From: Styela clava
Taxonomy: Eukaryota
NCBI RefSeq assembly: GCF_964204865.1
Contig: NC_135255.1
Span: 3,162,001-3,226,000, forward strand
Reading direction: 5' to 3'
Length of the DNA stretch: 64,000 nucleotides
This document shows, one piece after another, positions 38,701 to 50,400 of this stretch (the first letter of the stretch is position 1; every line of letters starts with the position of its first letter). Position numbers and translations under genes: made by a program. Under the pieces are notes generated by a model, which had not been told where the DNA came from, made no database searches, and worked only from the letters and a program-made list of their open reading frames with translations.

Positions 38701-41488
38701 CAGTGGTTTCAACGTATGTACATATGTCAGTTTTATGTACTCTTATGATGCTTTACCTGAGAGTTATAAAAGCAATATGAAATGTGCTTCGTCGATTACT
38801 TCTCGCATAGATGAGTTAATCCTGAATGGGTTCAAATGTCCAATTCATTTTGGTAAAATGGCAACTCAAATAGTTTTTGAAGTGAATGAATATGTTTACC
38901 ATATTAACAATATCTTGTCTATCACAAAGTTGTGGAGTTGTCATTGATTTATTGTCTTACACGATTTGCAGACGACAATGGCGAGTAGTTCCATTTCTTT
39001 TTTTGTACTTAAATTATGCCAGAGAAGCTCATAGGTTATCGAAAATTGTTCTGTGGACCACACAGAGTGTCTCGACCTCGGCTGAGAACCACTGCTCTTG
39101 ACTTCTTCGGTCGAATTCAGATTCAATAATATAAAATTGTCACTGTTATCCCTTCTCTCATTATTGTATAGAAACATGCATTGAGACGTAATTTGTTTTG
39201 TTTAAAATATCAAACCAAACTCCATAATGCACTTGAACTTTATATGATTTTCAATTATTTATCTGCAGAGTCCCAACGTTACGAGCAAGTCAACTTCCTG
39301 AAGATTTACTGGAAACGTATGAAGAAGCGTTTTATTTATTGGATACAGATAATACAGGAGTGATAGGTGGTTTGAATTTAAATATCATCAGAATAACTCT
39401 TGTTTTAGTGTTGAAATTTGCTGGGATTGTAACACGCTTTTGAACTAGTACTTTATTTTCTTCAGCTATATCAATATATCCATTAGTTGGTATATGGCAT
39501 GTGGATTGATATACAATGTGCTATCTGGTTATAATGGTAAATTTACGTTGCAGTGTTTAGATACTTGACTGTCGAACGAGACGATTCATGTTATCTTGAG
39601 TTGTCTGAGACTCAAACTTGTTTAAATAAAGAGACTAGATTATGCTATTAGACAATATTAATATTCTTCTTGTTAATATTTAACAAATCGTCTGCGTCGT
39701 ATTGTCTCCTTCCCACGAGAAATCACTTGTTTCGAAATTAACCTATCTAATGCTATTGATTTGACCCAAAAGAATTTTATATCTTGAAGCAACATTGCCA
39801 ACCTTTTCTAAAATATATCTGAACCCTGAAATTTTGAAATAGGAAAACATTAATTTACAATGAGCATTCAAGAAAGATGATGGATTCATGGTATTATGAA
39901 TAATATCCATGTATGTGCAGCAATCTTCAACCATCCATTTCTCGGCCTCTTATTAGATCCTGAAATAAATATGAGATTCTAACTTTTATAAATATTATTA
40001 CAGCGGACATGCAGTGAATTTCGCTGGTTAAATCACGGTAGTCATATTCAGAGTAATTTATTAAACAGCGTTCCTGCTGTGGTTTGTACTTGACAAAGAT
40101 AAATTCCGATCAATCAAAAATTCCAATAAAATTCTTCATTTAACTCCAGGGAAAAAAGAAGTTGGTATAGTGATGAGAGCAATTGGTCAGGAACCAACAG
40201 ACGAAGAAATTGAAAATTTAGTCAAGGAAGTCGACAGAACAGAAACTGGAAGACTGAGTTTCAATGATTTTTTAGCTCTTTTGGCTCACATTTGCCAGGT
40301 TTGTATGATTACGTGATAGCAAATAATCAAAAGATTTATTTTTGATGTTTGTACCGGTATAACACAGACGCTTAATAAATTGTGTTTATGTAGTGTGCAT
40401 GAACACCAACGAATTAATTGTATGTAGGAGGTGTATAAGTCAAGAAGTGTAGGTGTATTACGTTATCATATGACGTTTGTGGTACTCTAATTTTTACATG
40501 ATTTGATTCTTTCAAAACAATGATCACATGTCATGGAGCAGTCTAATAAAAACGGTCATACGTTGTGATGCGGTTGTGATGAAACCAGCATGAACAAAGT
40601 TGTATGATTGAATGCTAATTCTGTTCCATTTTTATAAAGGCTTTATGCACACGTTGTCTTTTATAGTCAATTATTAGTTTAATTTCTTCGTTGTGTATGC
40701 ATTCAAAAATACAAACTTTTTTATAAACATGTCTCTATTATTCAGGAAGAAGAACCAGAAGAAGAATGGGAAAGGGTGTTTCAGCAATTCGATCATAACA
40801 GTGAGTGACTGGCTTTTCGTTATTTGAGCTAATTATTTCACCCAGGAATTGTGAGCATTCTCAAAATGCGTGCAAGATTAAGATAAGGGGACTGATATAC
40901 ATAACGTAATCAGTTTGATTTTAGAAATGGGCCGCATTTTTGGCAATGTTATGGTTATCCTTTGCTAATAGAAATAATGCCACTGGTTAAACTAATTGTA
41001 TCCTAAGCGAAATATTCACAAGATCTCGTAAAAACTCTACTTCTTCTAATGGAAATTTGTTTGAAATGATGGCTTAAAGTGCAATGATAATTTTTTTTTT
41101 TTATATGATGTTACAGGCTATATTTACAAATAAATCGATATCTTGAACTAAATTATTAGAACGTATTTGTCTCCGATTTCGCTTAATTCATTCTAATACA
41201 GTTATATGTAATGAATAATGAATTTAATACGTTATGGCGGATCGGAAAGATTTTTATCCTCGGCCAATTTCCACTTTACCCCATAATTTGGCGTTGTTTC
41301 AACTAGCTGACTTCTTATTTGTAGAAGACGGTTTTATTGACGAACATGATCTTCGAAAAACTATGCTTCAACTTCGACTGAAGTTCACTGATACAGATGT
41401 TGATGAAATGCTTAATGAGTTTGCTCCTCTTCGGGACAGTGGTCCAAGACGAATAGATTTTGAAGATTTTCTTTCGATTCTAACGTGA
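35751..41488 (+). CDS. Calmodulin/centrin-like four-EF-hand protein, about 195 aa. Exons 35751-35872, 39269-39366, 40150-40298, 40746-40800, 41325-41488
   Basis: Spliced product: ..YEEAFYLLDTDNTGVIGKKEVGIVMRAIGQEPTDEEIENLVKEVDRTETGRLSFNDFL..ERVFQQFDHNKDGFIDEHDLRKTM..FTDTDVDEML..RIDFEDFLSILT*. All phases are compatible. An alternative start at MSADANW (35844) is possible. Confidence 0.88.
38701..39094. mobile_element. hAT-like MITE in intron 1 of the EF-hand gene
   Basis: Inverted ends CAGTGGTTTCAAC / GCTGAGAACCACTG; TSD not conserved. Confidence 0.5.
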
Positions 41489-43136
41489 TTTCCTCACAAA
41501 GTTGTGTATTTCAAATTGCAAAAGTTTGTGGAAATGTTAAGTGACACTGTGTAGGTAGGCGGTGTTATGTATTATACACAGTGACGGAGAGTTCGGATGC
41601 AAAGAAATTGTTTGTCAGCTTATCAGGTGAAAATCAGTTTGCATGAAAATATTCAGCGAAACGTAAATTGAAAATGTGAATCAATATCTTAGCTTTTGAA
41701 AACGCCATACAGCTGACTTGACTTTTTAAAAACTCAAATGTATATTTATAGTTTTACTGATAGAATATAACAGTCACGATGCTTTATTTGCCACATTATT
41801 CCGTCCCTGCTGACAATATTTTGCGCATAAAGCCATTCTAGTTCGTTTGAATATTATTTGAAAATATCATTTGTAGTATTTTATTCCTAGACTATATTGC
41901 AATTCATATCTTTTTTAAAATGCATAGCTGCAAAATTGTACCGATTTTGATCGTCGTTTGTTTCGAAAAAGTATATGTTGAAATTAATGAAAAAAAGTTT
42001 GGAAAGCATAGCATAGGCAATTATAACCCACACCGCTTTAATGCTCTAATGACAAAGCTACTAGTTTATATCGTGTTGCATCAACTGCCTTCGAATAAAT
42101 TAACTGCAAGAAATTGTTAATATCGACTTAAATGGAACATTTTAGTAAAATAAAATTGGATTTTTTTCTTATTCAGCCTTTCTCGATAAAAATGTTTCTG
42201 TTTGTCCGAATACTATTTAGGTTAATTTCATTCGTCTGTTTTGCATTATTTTACATTTTATGCATATTCATATATTATTATTTGAGATTTATACTGCGTA
42301 ACTTTATAAGAATGAGCTTATTATTATTATTAATGTCATTTTCTCTCGCTGGGCCGCAATCAAATAATACTATTATCGAATATGCTATTTTCTTGGTCGC
42401 ATTGACGTGACTAACTGCTTCGAGTCAATTCACTGGCGCGCAGTGTTGCACCATAATTTTGTTTGGCTTCAGCAGCTTTTTGCATTTCAGTGCTAGTCTA
42501 ACCATCGATACATTGATAGTCTAATATGAACCAAGAAAATGGAAGAAAACGATATTCGCTTTATTTGTGGTCCTCACTTGGGATAACTTATACTTTATAT
42601 GATAATCTCATTGCAAATTTTTTAAATAAAGTCCAACAGTGGGTGAGTTCTGTGTACTTCAAGGTATATTGTTCTTTGTGTTAGCTATATTTACGAACTG
42701 GACTTACGCATTTGCGATAAAGCGTAGCAATTGGACAAAAGATCGCCCTGATCTGGTGAACTCCTGCGTTTTCAGTTGACATCAATAGTAACGTGGGATT
42801 GGGATTTTACACGCTCTTGTTTGAGGGGCATATCTGCTTGAAGTGAAATTGAAACTTTCTCGATATGATTTATAAGTTCTATGATAAGTATGCGTTCAGT
42901 ATTTAACGTTTTGGATATTTTCTAAAATGATTGGGATGGCAAGTATAATTTTACTCGAATAATATACGCGATGTGTTAGTGTTACGCTTTTTCAGAGACG
43001 TTCAGAAAGTACACGACGGTTTGTTGAATTGTGACGACAAAATGCCCTGTATATAGATAAAAACAGTCAAAAGTAATGAGTTGCAAATACGAGTGATCAA
43101 TGATCACGTTGCCGCAGTTATAAGCAATATACGATA

Positions 43137-46043
43137 ATGGCAAATAAAGTTTGCAACGCCGCTGTGATTCTTGCAGTGATTTCAATATATATTTGTATCC
43201 AAGAGGTAAACGCCAGAGCGAGGTTCTCTAAAACCTCAGAAGTCAAACAAGTTTCTACAAAATTGAATACATTAAATGAAAACGAAAAAAGTTCCATTGG
43301 AAGGTACAATGTGTTAATACAACGAAGTAAAACTCGATCGAAGCGCCGATATCGCCAAAATAAGGTAAAGACAAGAAGACATGCCAGATCTATAAATAGA
43401 AAATTTATTTCGCAACCCGAAGTAAGCGATATGTCAAGAGAAGAGAAAAGATATAGGACAACGGAAGCAGCTCCGCAATTTTCTGAGATGGTTCCGCTCG
43501 AAATTATAGCGCAATTTGGTGGGAATGTCCCACCGGAGATAGCTGAACAATATAGCGCCTGGACAACACGACAGCGTGATGTAAATATCCAGTCAAATAG
43601 AGACTACAACGAAATTACGTCCGAAATCGTCACTGAATATAGTGGCGATGTGCAACAAAAAGAGGCTACTGAAGTCCTTGTGCCTCTTCCTGGAACACCA
43701 GTTCAGGCAGGTATAGAAATCCGAGCACCAGGCTTTATCTCCACACAGCAAGTTTCAGATTTACCGCAAGTTTCGTTTGGAGAATTCAACTACAACTACG
43801 ACTTGAAGCCTCCTTCTGTTTGCGTTCACCAAGATAACGACACAGATTCCGACGGAGATGAAGAAGTAGAAAAAACAACTGCCGCGCCCAGACCACCGGC
43901 TCCTCCGAGTCCGCATATACCCCTTACTTCTCATCAAAAAGAGTCACTTCTGAGGGAACATAATAAATACAGAGCAAGTCTTGTTCCTAATGCCGCTGAT
44001 ATGCGACTATTGTCTTGGGATGACGAATTAGCTTGGGTATCAGAATTGTTTACGAATTCGTGTTACTTTCATGACATAGTTGAGCCCCCGCTGTCTAACG
44101 CTAATGACACACGGTTTCTTTCAACAGTCCAGCTGAGGCGTCACTCATATATCACGGCTGAGATTGGTTACACTTGGTTTGCGTGGCCGAACACATACGA
44201 TATTCCAGAAGATTTCGCAGCTGCATCACTTGCTGCTTGGGTGTCAGAAAGAGATTTTTACAATAGCCATACGAAAGTATGCGACGGGATATGTGAGCAC
44301 TATTTACAGGTAATATATTCAATGCACCTTTAGATTTATTCAATAGGAAAACGTTATGTGAAACTAAAAAGAATAATAAGAAGACACAGAAATAAAACCA
44401 TGAAATGTTGTTGTAATTAAAAACAAAGTATACAATAACAACAATTGGGCTACTTACCATCTGTTCTATTACATATTCGTATATATATGATTACAAATAC
44501 ATCTTTGATTCAGATTATATGGGCGGAAACTTTCAAATTGGGATGTGGTGCATCTTGGTGTGAAGAGCCGCGTATTAATGGCATCATCTGGCCTCAAGCA
44601 ATAATGTTAGTTTGTTCCTACACTCCGCGAGGGGCATTGGCAAATTACATGGCGTCAAACAGTGGCTTCAAATATTTTGATCCCAAATTATTTGTAGAAC
44701 CGTATATTCCGGGTAGACCATGTTCTTTGTGTGTGCTTGACCCTCAGGATCCAAACCAAAACGTCGACGACATGAGGTATGTATAAAAATTGGAATTTCT
44801 TTTCCTCGTATATATATTAAAAGTAAAATCTGAACAGAAATTGTGTTCCGTGGTGCCGGAAAAATTGACTGGATAGATGATTTGAGTTTATTGTTAGAAC
44901 TTCTAACGCGACATTGCAAATTTCTGTCCAAACTGTTAATAACCCCGAATAAATCGATAATCATAAAAGACGATAGGGTTTGATGATAATTAATTTGTAG
45001 GCATGATATTTTATTTTGGGAATTTATCTAAACTTCATTTTAAAAACATCTCAATTTTTAGATCGACTACAGATAAATGTTGGAACGGCCTTTGCACAAA
45101 CCCAGTGCGAGATAAACTCATACCATTCGTTCCTCCAGCAAGAACAACAACACAAATGTGGATTCAAACGCCAGCACCAACAACATCATCTCCAGGTAGG
45201 TTCCATTTGCGTCATAGGGGATTCAATTTGGTTTGCATTTCAGCTTCATCTCTTAAGAATATCGGGGGGAAATATAATGGCAAGTTTCAAAATGTATACG
45301 AAAGGCGGACCCCCAGAAGTATGTGCACCAAGATGGCGCACAACTTGAACATAGTATGTGTATCAGGTTGTCTGCCATTTTGGTGCACATACTTCTGGAG
45401 CGCCCAAAAGGCAATATTCAAATAGATTAGTTGAAATTAGGATATAGATGCTTGTACAGAACCTTTTTCGGAGGCATAAAATCATTTAATCAATCTAACA
45501 TCGCGTAGACAATCGTACTAAACTTAGTAGACGAAAACAAATATAGAACTTATTTGTAAATATTGAATAATATGCTAGTATAGGATTTTTAATTCGAATT
45601 GTGATCAATGATGCAAAAGGTGACTGAAGTTATGAACGCCATAAAACATATAACAACAACAACAACAAGAATATAGAATATGTTTGACTCCCAAAACTTT
45701 AAACTATTGGCATTCAAACTACAAATTCCTATCTGTTGATCTTAGTACTTGATTGGCGTCAGTGTGGCCACCAGACAAAGATAAAATTCAGAGATGCTAC
45801 CAAAGAGCCTACGCGACATTATAGGCTAGTCATTTGCTCAGAACCATGGTTGGCTTCTCCCATGTCTAACTTAATTTCTTCTTCCACTTTTCAGTTAAGA
45901 AATCAACAACAGATGTTATTGAAATTCAAATGGACGATGATGATGATATTGTTGTAACCGAAGATGGTTCACCAACTCTTTTCGTTAGTTTTATTCTAAT
46001 TTGTATTTCATATGCATTTTCCTTGTATGAGACATTTTCATAG
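43137..46043 (+). CDS. CAP superfamily (GLIPR1/PI16/CRISP-like) secreted protein, about 572 aa, probably GPI-anchored. Exons 43137-44309, 44514-44776, 45062-45195, 45895-46043
   Basis: Signal peptide; CAP motifs HNKYRA..AADMRLLSWDDELA, CEHYLQIIWAETFKLGCG, LVCSYTPRG; hinge PYIPGRPCSLC..CWNGLCTN; Thr-rich stalk; hydrophobic C-terminus LFVSFILICISYAFSLYETFS*. Confidence 0.88.
45304..45403. mobile_element. Almost fully palindromic MITE of about 100 bp in CAP gene intron 3
   Basis: CCAGAAGTATGTGCACCAAGATGGC ... GCCATTTTGGTGCACATACTTCTGG, an inverted repeat of about 25 bp with one mismatch. Confidence 0.75.
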
Positions 46044-47442
46044 CGTACAAAGACATTGACAAATAAAACAAAGCACCAAGCGAGGACCAATGTTTGACAA
46101 GATGCATGTAGCTGGTCTCTTATTAACATTCGCGAAACTCATATTCCTTTGTTAAATAGACTGCAACATAGTCTACAGTTCAAACATGCATGCCTTAAGG
46201 ATATATCCCACGCAGCCCATTCAATTTTACGAGATTGCCCCATAGCAATCCACTCTGCGGTTGAAGAAAAACACTATTATTTCTTGTCAAGTATGCTACG
46301 TGTTTTGTAAAATAAGTTCTCAAATCGAAATTGAAAAATGAAGTCATTCCAATTACTTAGTCAAGGCTAGAAAGTGCAAAAATTCTGGTGGCACGTATAT
46401 TTATTGTAACTGCATTACAATGCGTATGTATATGCCTGGCACACATCCCGTGTGTTTATATAGATTTCACTGTACTTTTTTTCAAATATTCTGTTGCTAT
46501 GTTTGTTTGATTATTTTAAACTCAATTTACTCCGTTAAAACAAACAAACTACGCTTCTATTTCAAAACACATACCCATTGGTTTGCATTTTCATGTATAT
46601 AATTTATATATGTATATTGTACCTACACAGGCAGGAACCAAAGAAGAAACTAAGTTTCATTCGTTTTTGCAACTTCCTTTAACTTGTATATTCTATGAGA
46701 AAACATCAAAAAGACAGATGTTGTTACTGTAGATAAGTAAAGATTGAGCTAAGGGATACTCAGAAGAATTATATTATTAGATGTATTTCACTTCCTTTAT
46801 TTTGCTAAGAGATCATACACAATCACATTATAAAGAATTGCCTAAAACTGTTTATTTAAACAACCTAGTTGGAAAAATATTACTAGTTTTGAACATTTAT
46901 ACAAACACGGCTTCGCGTTGAACGTCTTAAATAAATTTAGTGGGAAATACGTTTTTGTAACTTTGTGTAGTTTGCAACAGGATTTTGCTTGCTAGTATTC
47001 CTAATATGACAGTGGCAATCAGGTATTGGAACAGGCTTTGCGGCGCAAAGTGACTGAAATTACTCACAGGTACCGGATGAACTAAACTAAAAACTTGTTT
47101 CGCGGGCACGCAATTTAAAATTGGCAGGTGCCGCATATTTTTTTGTTGAGGGCCGCAGTTTCCACACCCCTGAGATAGAACAACTAACTAGCGAGGGCAA
47201 ACAACTCGGCATGCATGCAGTGTAATTTGGATTTTGTCTGGCTGTGAGCCTGCTTTGAACTGTTTATCTATATGCGTTTTTAAAACATAACGTGTCATCT
47301 AAGAACAACAGAACTAGCCAGCAAACAATTAGAAACATCTTATATAAACCCTACAAAGTAGTCAAATGAAGATGAAAAAACAAGAGATGTGTTTCAGATA
47401 ATATTAGAGTGTCAAATTTTGCCAACAGGTGAACTCCTTCGA

Positions 47443-50400
47443 TTAATTGGCTTCCAATTCACAGAGAGCTCCGTGGTATTTGTTATTTGGTGATGCATTG
47501 AACATTCCTTGACCTTGTGGATTCACATTCACATCAATTCCTATGTGGTTTTTCTTAGAGCTAGTTGGATAGTCCGGGTACCACACGCTTGTTGGGAGCG
47601 TGCTCGAATCACCAGATGTCAGATGAATACGACCGTTCTGTTATAAGTACAAACCAGTCACAGGACTAGCCGAGGGTTTTGGACCATAGGCCAAAAGTTT
47701 TGCCCACTTAGACTGGCTGGCCATTTTATTTAGCTATCAATCATTACGAATTGCAGAAAAGGGATACAGCGACAGCTTATTAGAAACCATCGAGAAACGA
47801 TAGACTAAATTAAATGACAGGAATGCGCAACCTATGAACAAAAAATAACGTAACTATAGCGTTATGGGGACGAAAACATTCCAAAACATTGTCGGCACTA
47901 AATTGAAAATCGTGGGTCCGCGTGACCGCATAAGACAAGCAGATCAGGCGAAAGAAAGAGGGTACAAGAAAACGTAAAGTTTTGTTAACGCAGGTTATAC
48001 CATAAAGGGAAAGTTTGTGGCAACCTAAAATACGACTCACACAGACTACGATTATATTCTAACAGGCCTATTGCATCATGTAGATTTCAATAACAACAAC
48101 CATGTAGTGCATGCACAATTGGTAAAAGCAGACATTTATGGCAGCATCAGGCGGGTCATATTAAATCACCCAACGGGTCGGCTTTATCCCACTGACCATA
48201 GTTGGCCCATGTCAGGTCTAGTTTGTCATTATTCCATTATCAGCGCTTCGTTGAGTTATTTGTGAATAACTAACTACCTTGCTCTATGTCTCTGAGCAAG
48301 TGGCAAGAGTAAAGATGATTCATTTAAGTGTCTTGCTGCACAATAACAGAAATGCATTTAACTTCTCAAGCCTTTTAAATTGAAGTTTACAGCAAAGACA
48401 TTTTGAACAAAATTTGTATTATTTAGAATTCCGTTCTTAAAAATATCAAAAATGTGTTTTCCAACCTTGAAAGTCATTCCAGTCCACACGCGGAAGTAGT
48501 ATGTGTCCGGATAAATCTTCGGGCGCATGTAACTTGTTAGCATCCAGTAATGGGCTTCGTTGTAAACATTTGAAAGATTCCATCCCATATTGCTACAGAT
48601 ACTCTCGGCATTGGTGAATGTAACGTTTTGTGTTGGATACACGATGACTCGAAAGCAGTTTTGATCGAAGCTGACATCGCAATTTTCTACAAAACAAAAT
48701 TGATTGAATTTTTATTATCCAAGCGAGATACATTGCATTGGCTTTTTCCAACCGAATCACTCTCAACCCTAACCCCAACTGGATTAATCACAAATTTGGT
48801 ATTTTAAAACATGGTGGGGTGTAGTGTAACTGGAAAAGGTCCGTATCTTGTACTGTTCTATATATCTAAGTCTATGAAGTTTATATTTACTTGGAAACAG
48901 AGATTTAACGGTTGTGTCTGTCGTAAAACTATCGATATCTGTACTGGATATCTTGTCAGCTTCAATAGTAGTATGACTATGCTCAGAACCGATCGAAGAT
49001 ATTTGACCTGAAGAACAAAGTGATTTTGAAGTAATGGAGTTAGTAATTCAGATGATTTCAAAAAGAATTTCTATTTTACAAGCATCAGCGACAGTCTTCG
49101 AGACGTTTTGGGGTAAAGATGTAATTAATACCTACGCACAGTGGCGGCGCGTGGTCATTTTGACAACCGGGGCAAGCTACTGCGGGACCAAGTCACCCCC
49201 ATCTACGGGGACAGGATGAGCGCTGTAAGTTCTCCCATCATTTTATGAGTATAAAAACCATCCCATCGGTAACAACCAATCGGCAAAAGCGACAATTTTT
49301 AACGATAAGAAAGTGTCTTTAAAACCAGTCCAAGTCAAGGGATTAATAAATATAGTCATAGTTTATTTTGAAACCTCTTTCAAAAGGAAAGGCAATATTT
49401 ACCCAGATAAATACAATGACATATTAACAGAAACTTCGGGAAAGCAGACAAAACCTAAAATAAGGTTTAAAACGTTACTATGAAGAAAGGAAAGGTAATG
49501 CAAAGATAAGGACATGCGTCGCTCACTCATAGATATATATGCTGCTAGACTTCTACTGCTTGAACATATATGCAACACGCCGCGGTTTCTTGGAAGCAAA
49601 ATGCTCAATAACGCGTTGATTAAAGTCATGCATCTCAGGAATAACGTCTCTGTGAATGGATAAAACAGCCAAGGAATTTAATCTATCTTGTTTCATTGTG
49701 TTTCTGAGATACGTTTTAATACGCTTCAGCGTGCTGAATGTTCGCTCTGCGTCGGCGGAAGAAATAGGCGTCGTCAAAATGATGTCCAGAAATTTTGCAG
49801 ACGCCGCAAAGGTAGTTACTAGAGTGTTATCTATGATTGGTGTATATACATCGCAATCCATTTTCCAATTTACCCACGTTTATCATGGGGTAAAATTTGG
49901 AGACAGTAGCCAACAAATGGATGGGAAATTGACGTGCAAACTCACCATCTTCTAGCAGACGCTTTAGACCTGCCGCCTCCCTCACAGAGCGTTCGTCCCA
50001 AACCGGTGAGCTCTGAATGCCATTGAAACACTCAATGAGCTCAGACCTAATTTCGGACACGCCCTGCACCACGCGTGATTGGAAGTTCCAACGTGTTGGT
50101 GCACAAGCTGGGAGACGGCGGCTACATATCTGGCGAAGGAGGTCAGAGCGCTTCGGCGAAACGGATAGAATTGAAGAATATCCCGAAACATTTGCAAAAA
50201 ATATACGGACGAGAGGGGTATCAAGACACATATTTTTAATAACGAGGTTAAATTGGTGTGCATAACAATGTAAAAAATGCGCATAAGGAAAATCTTCTTT
50301 TATATAAACTTGACACCATGTTTCGACCCACTCATGACTGCCGCGTCGTCATAAGTTTGAGCTATCAATTTTGACTTCGCGTTGTAAAGCTGTAACACTT

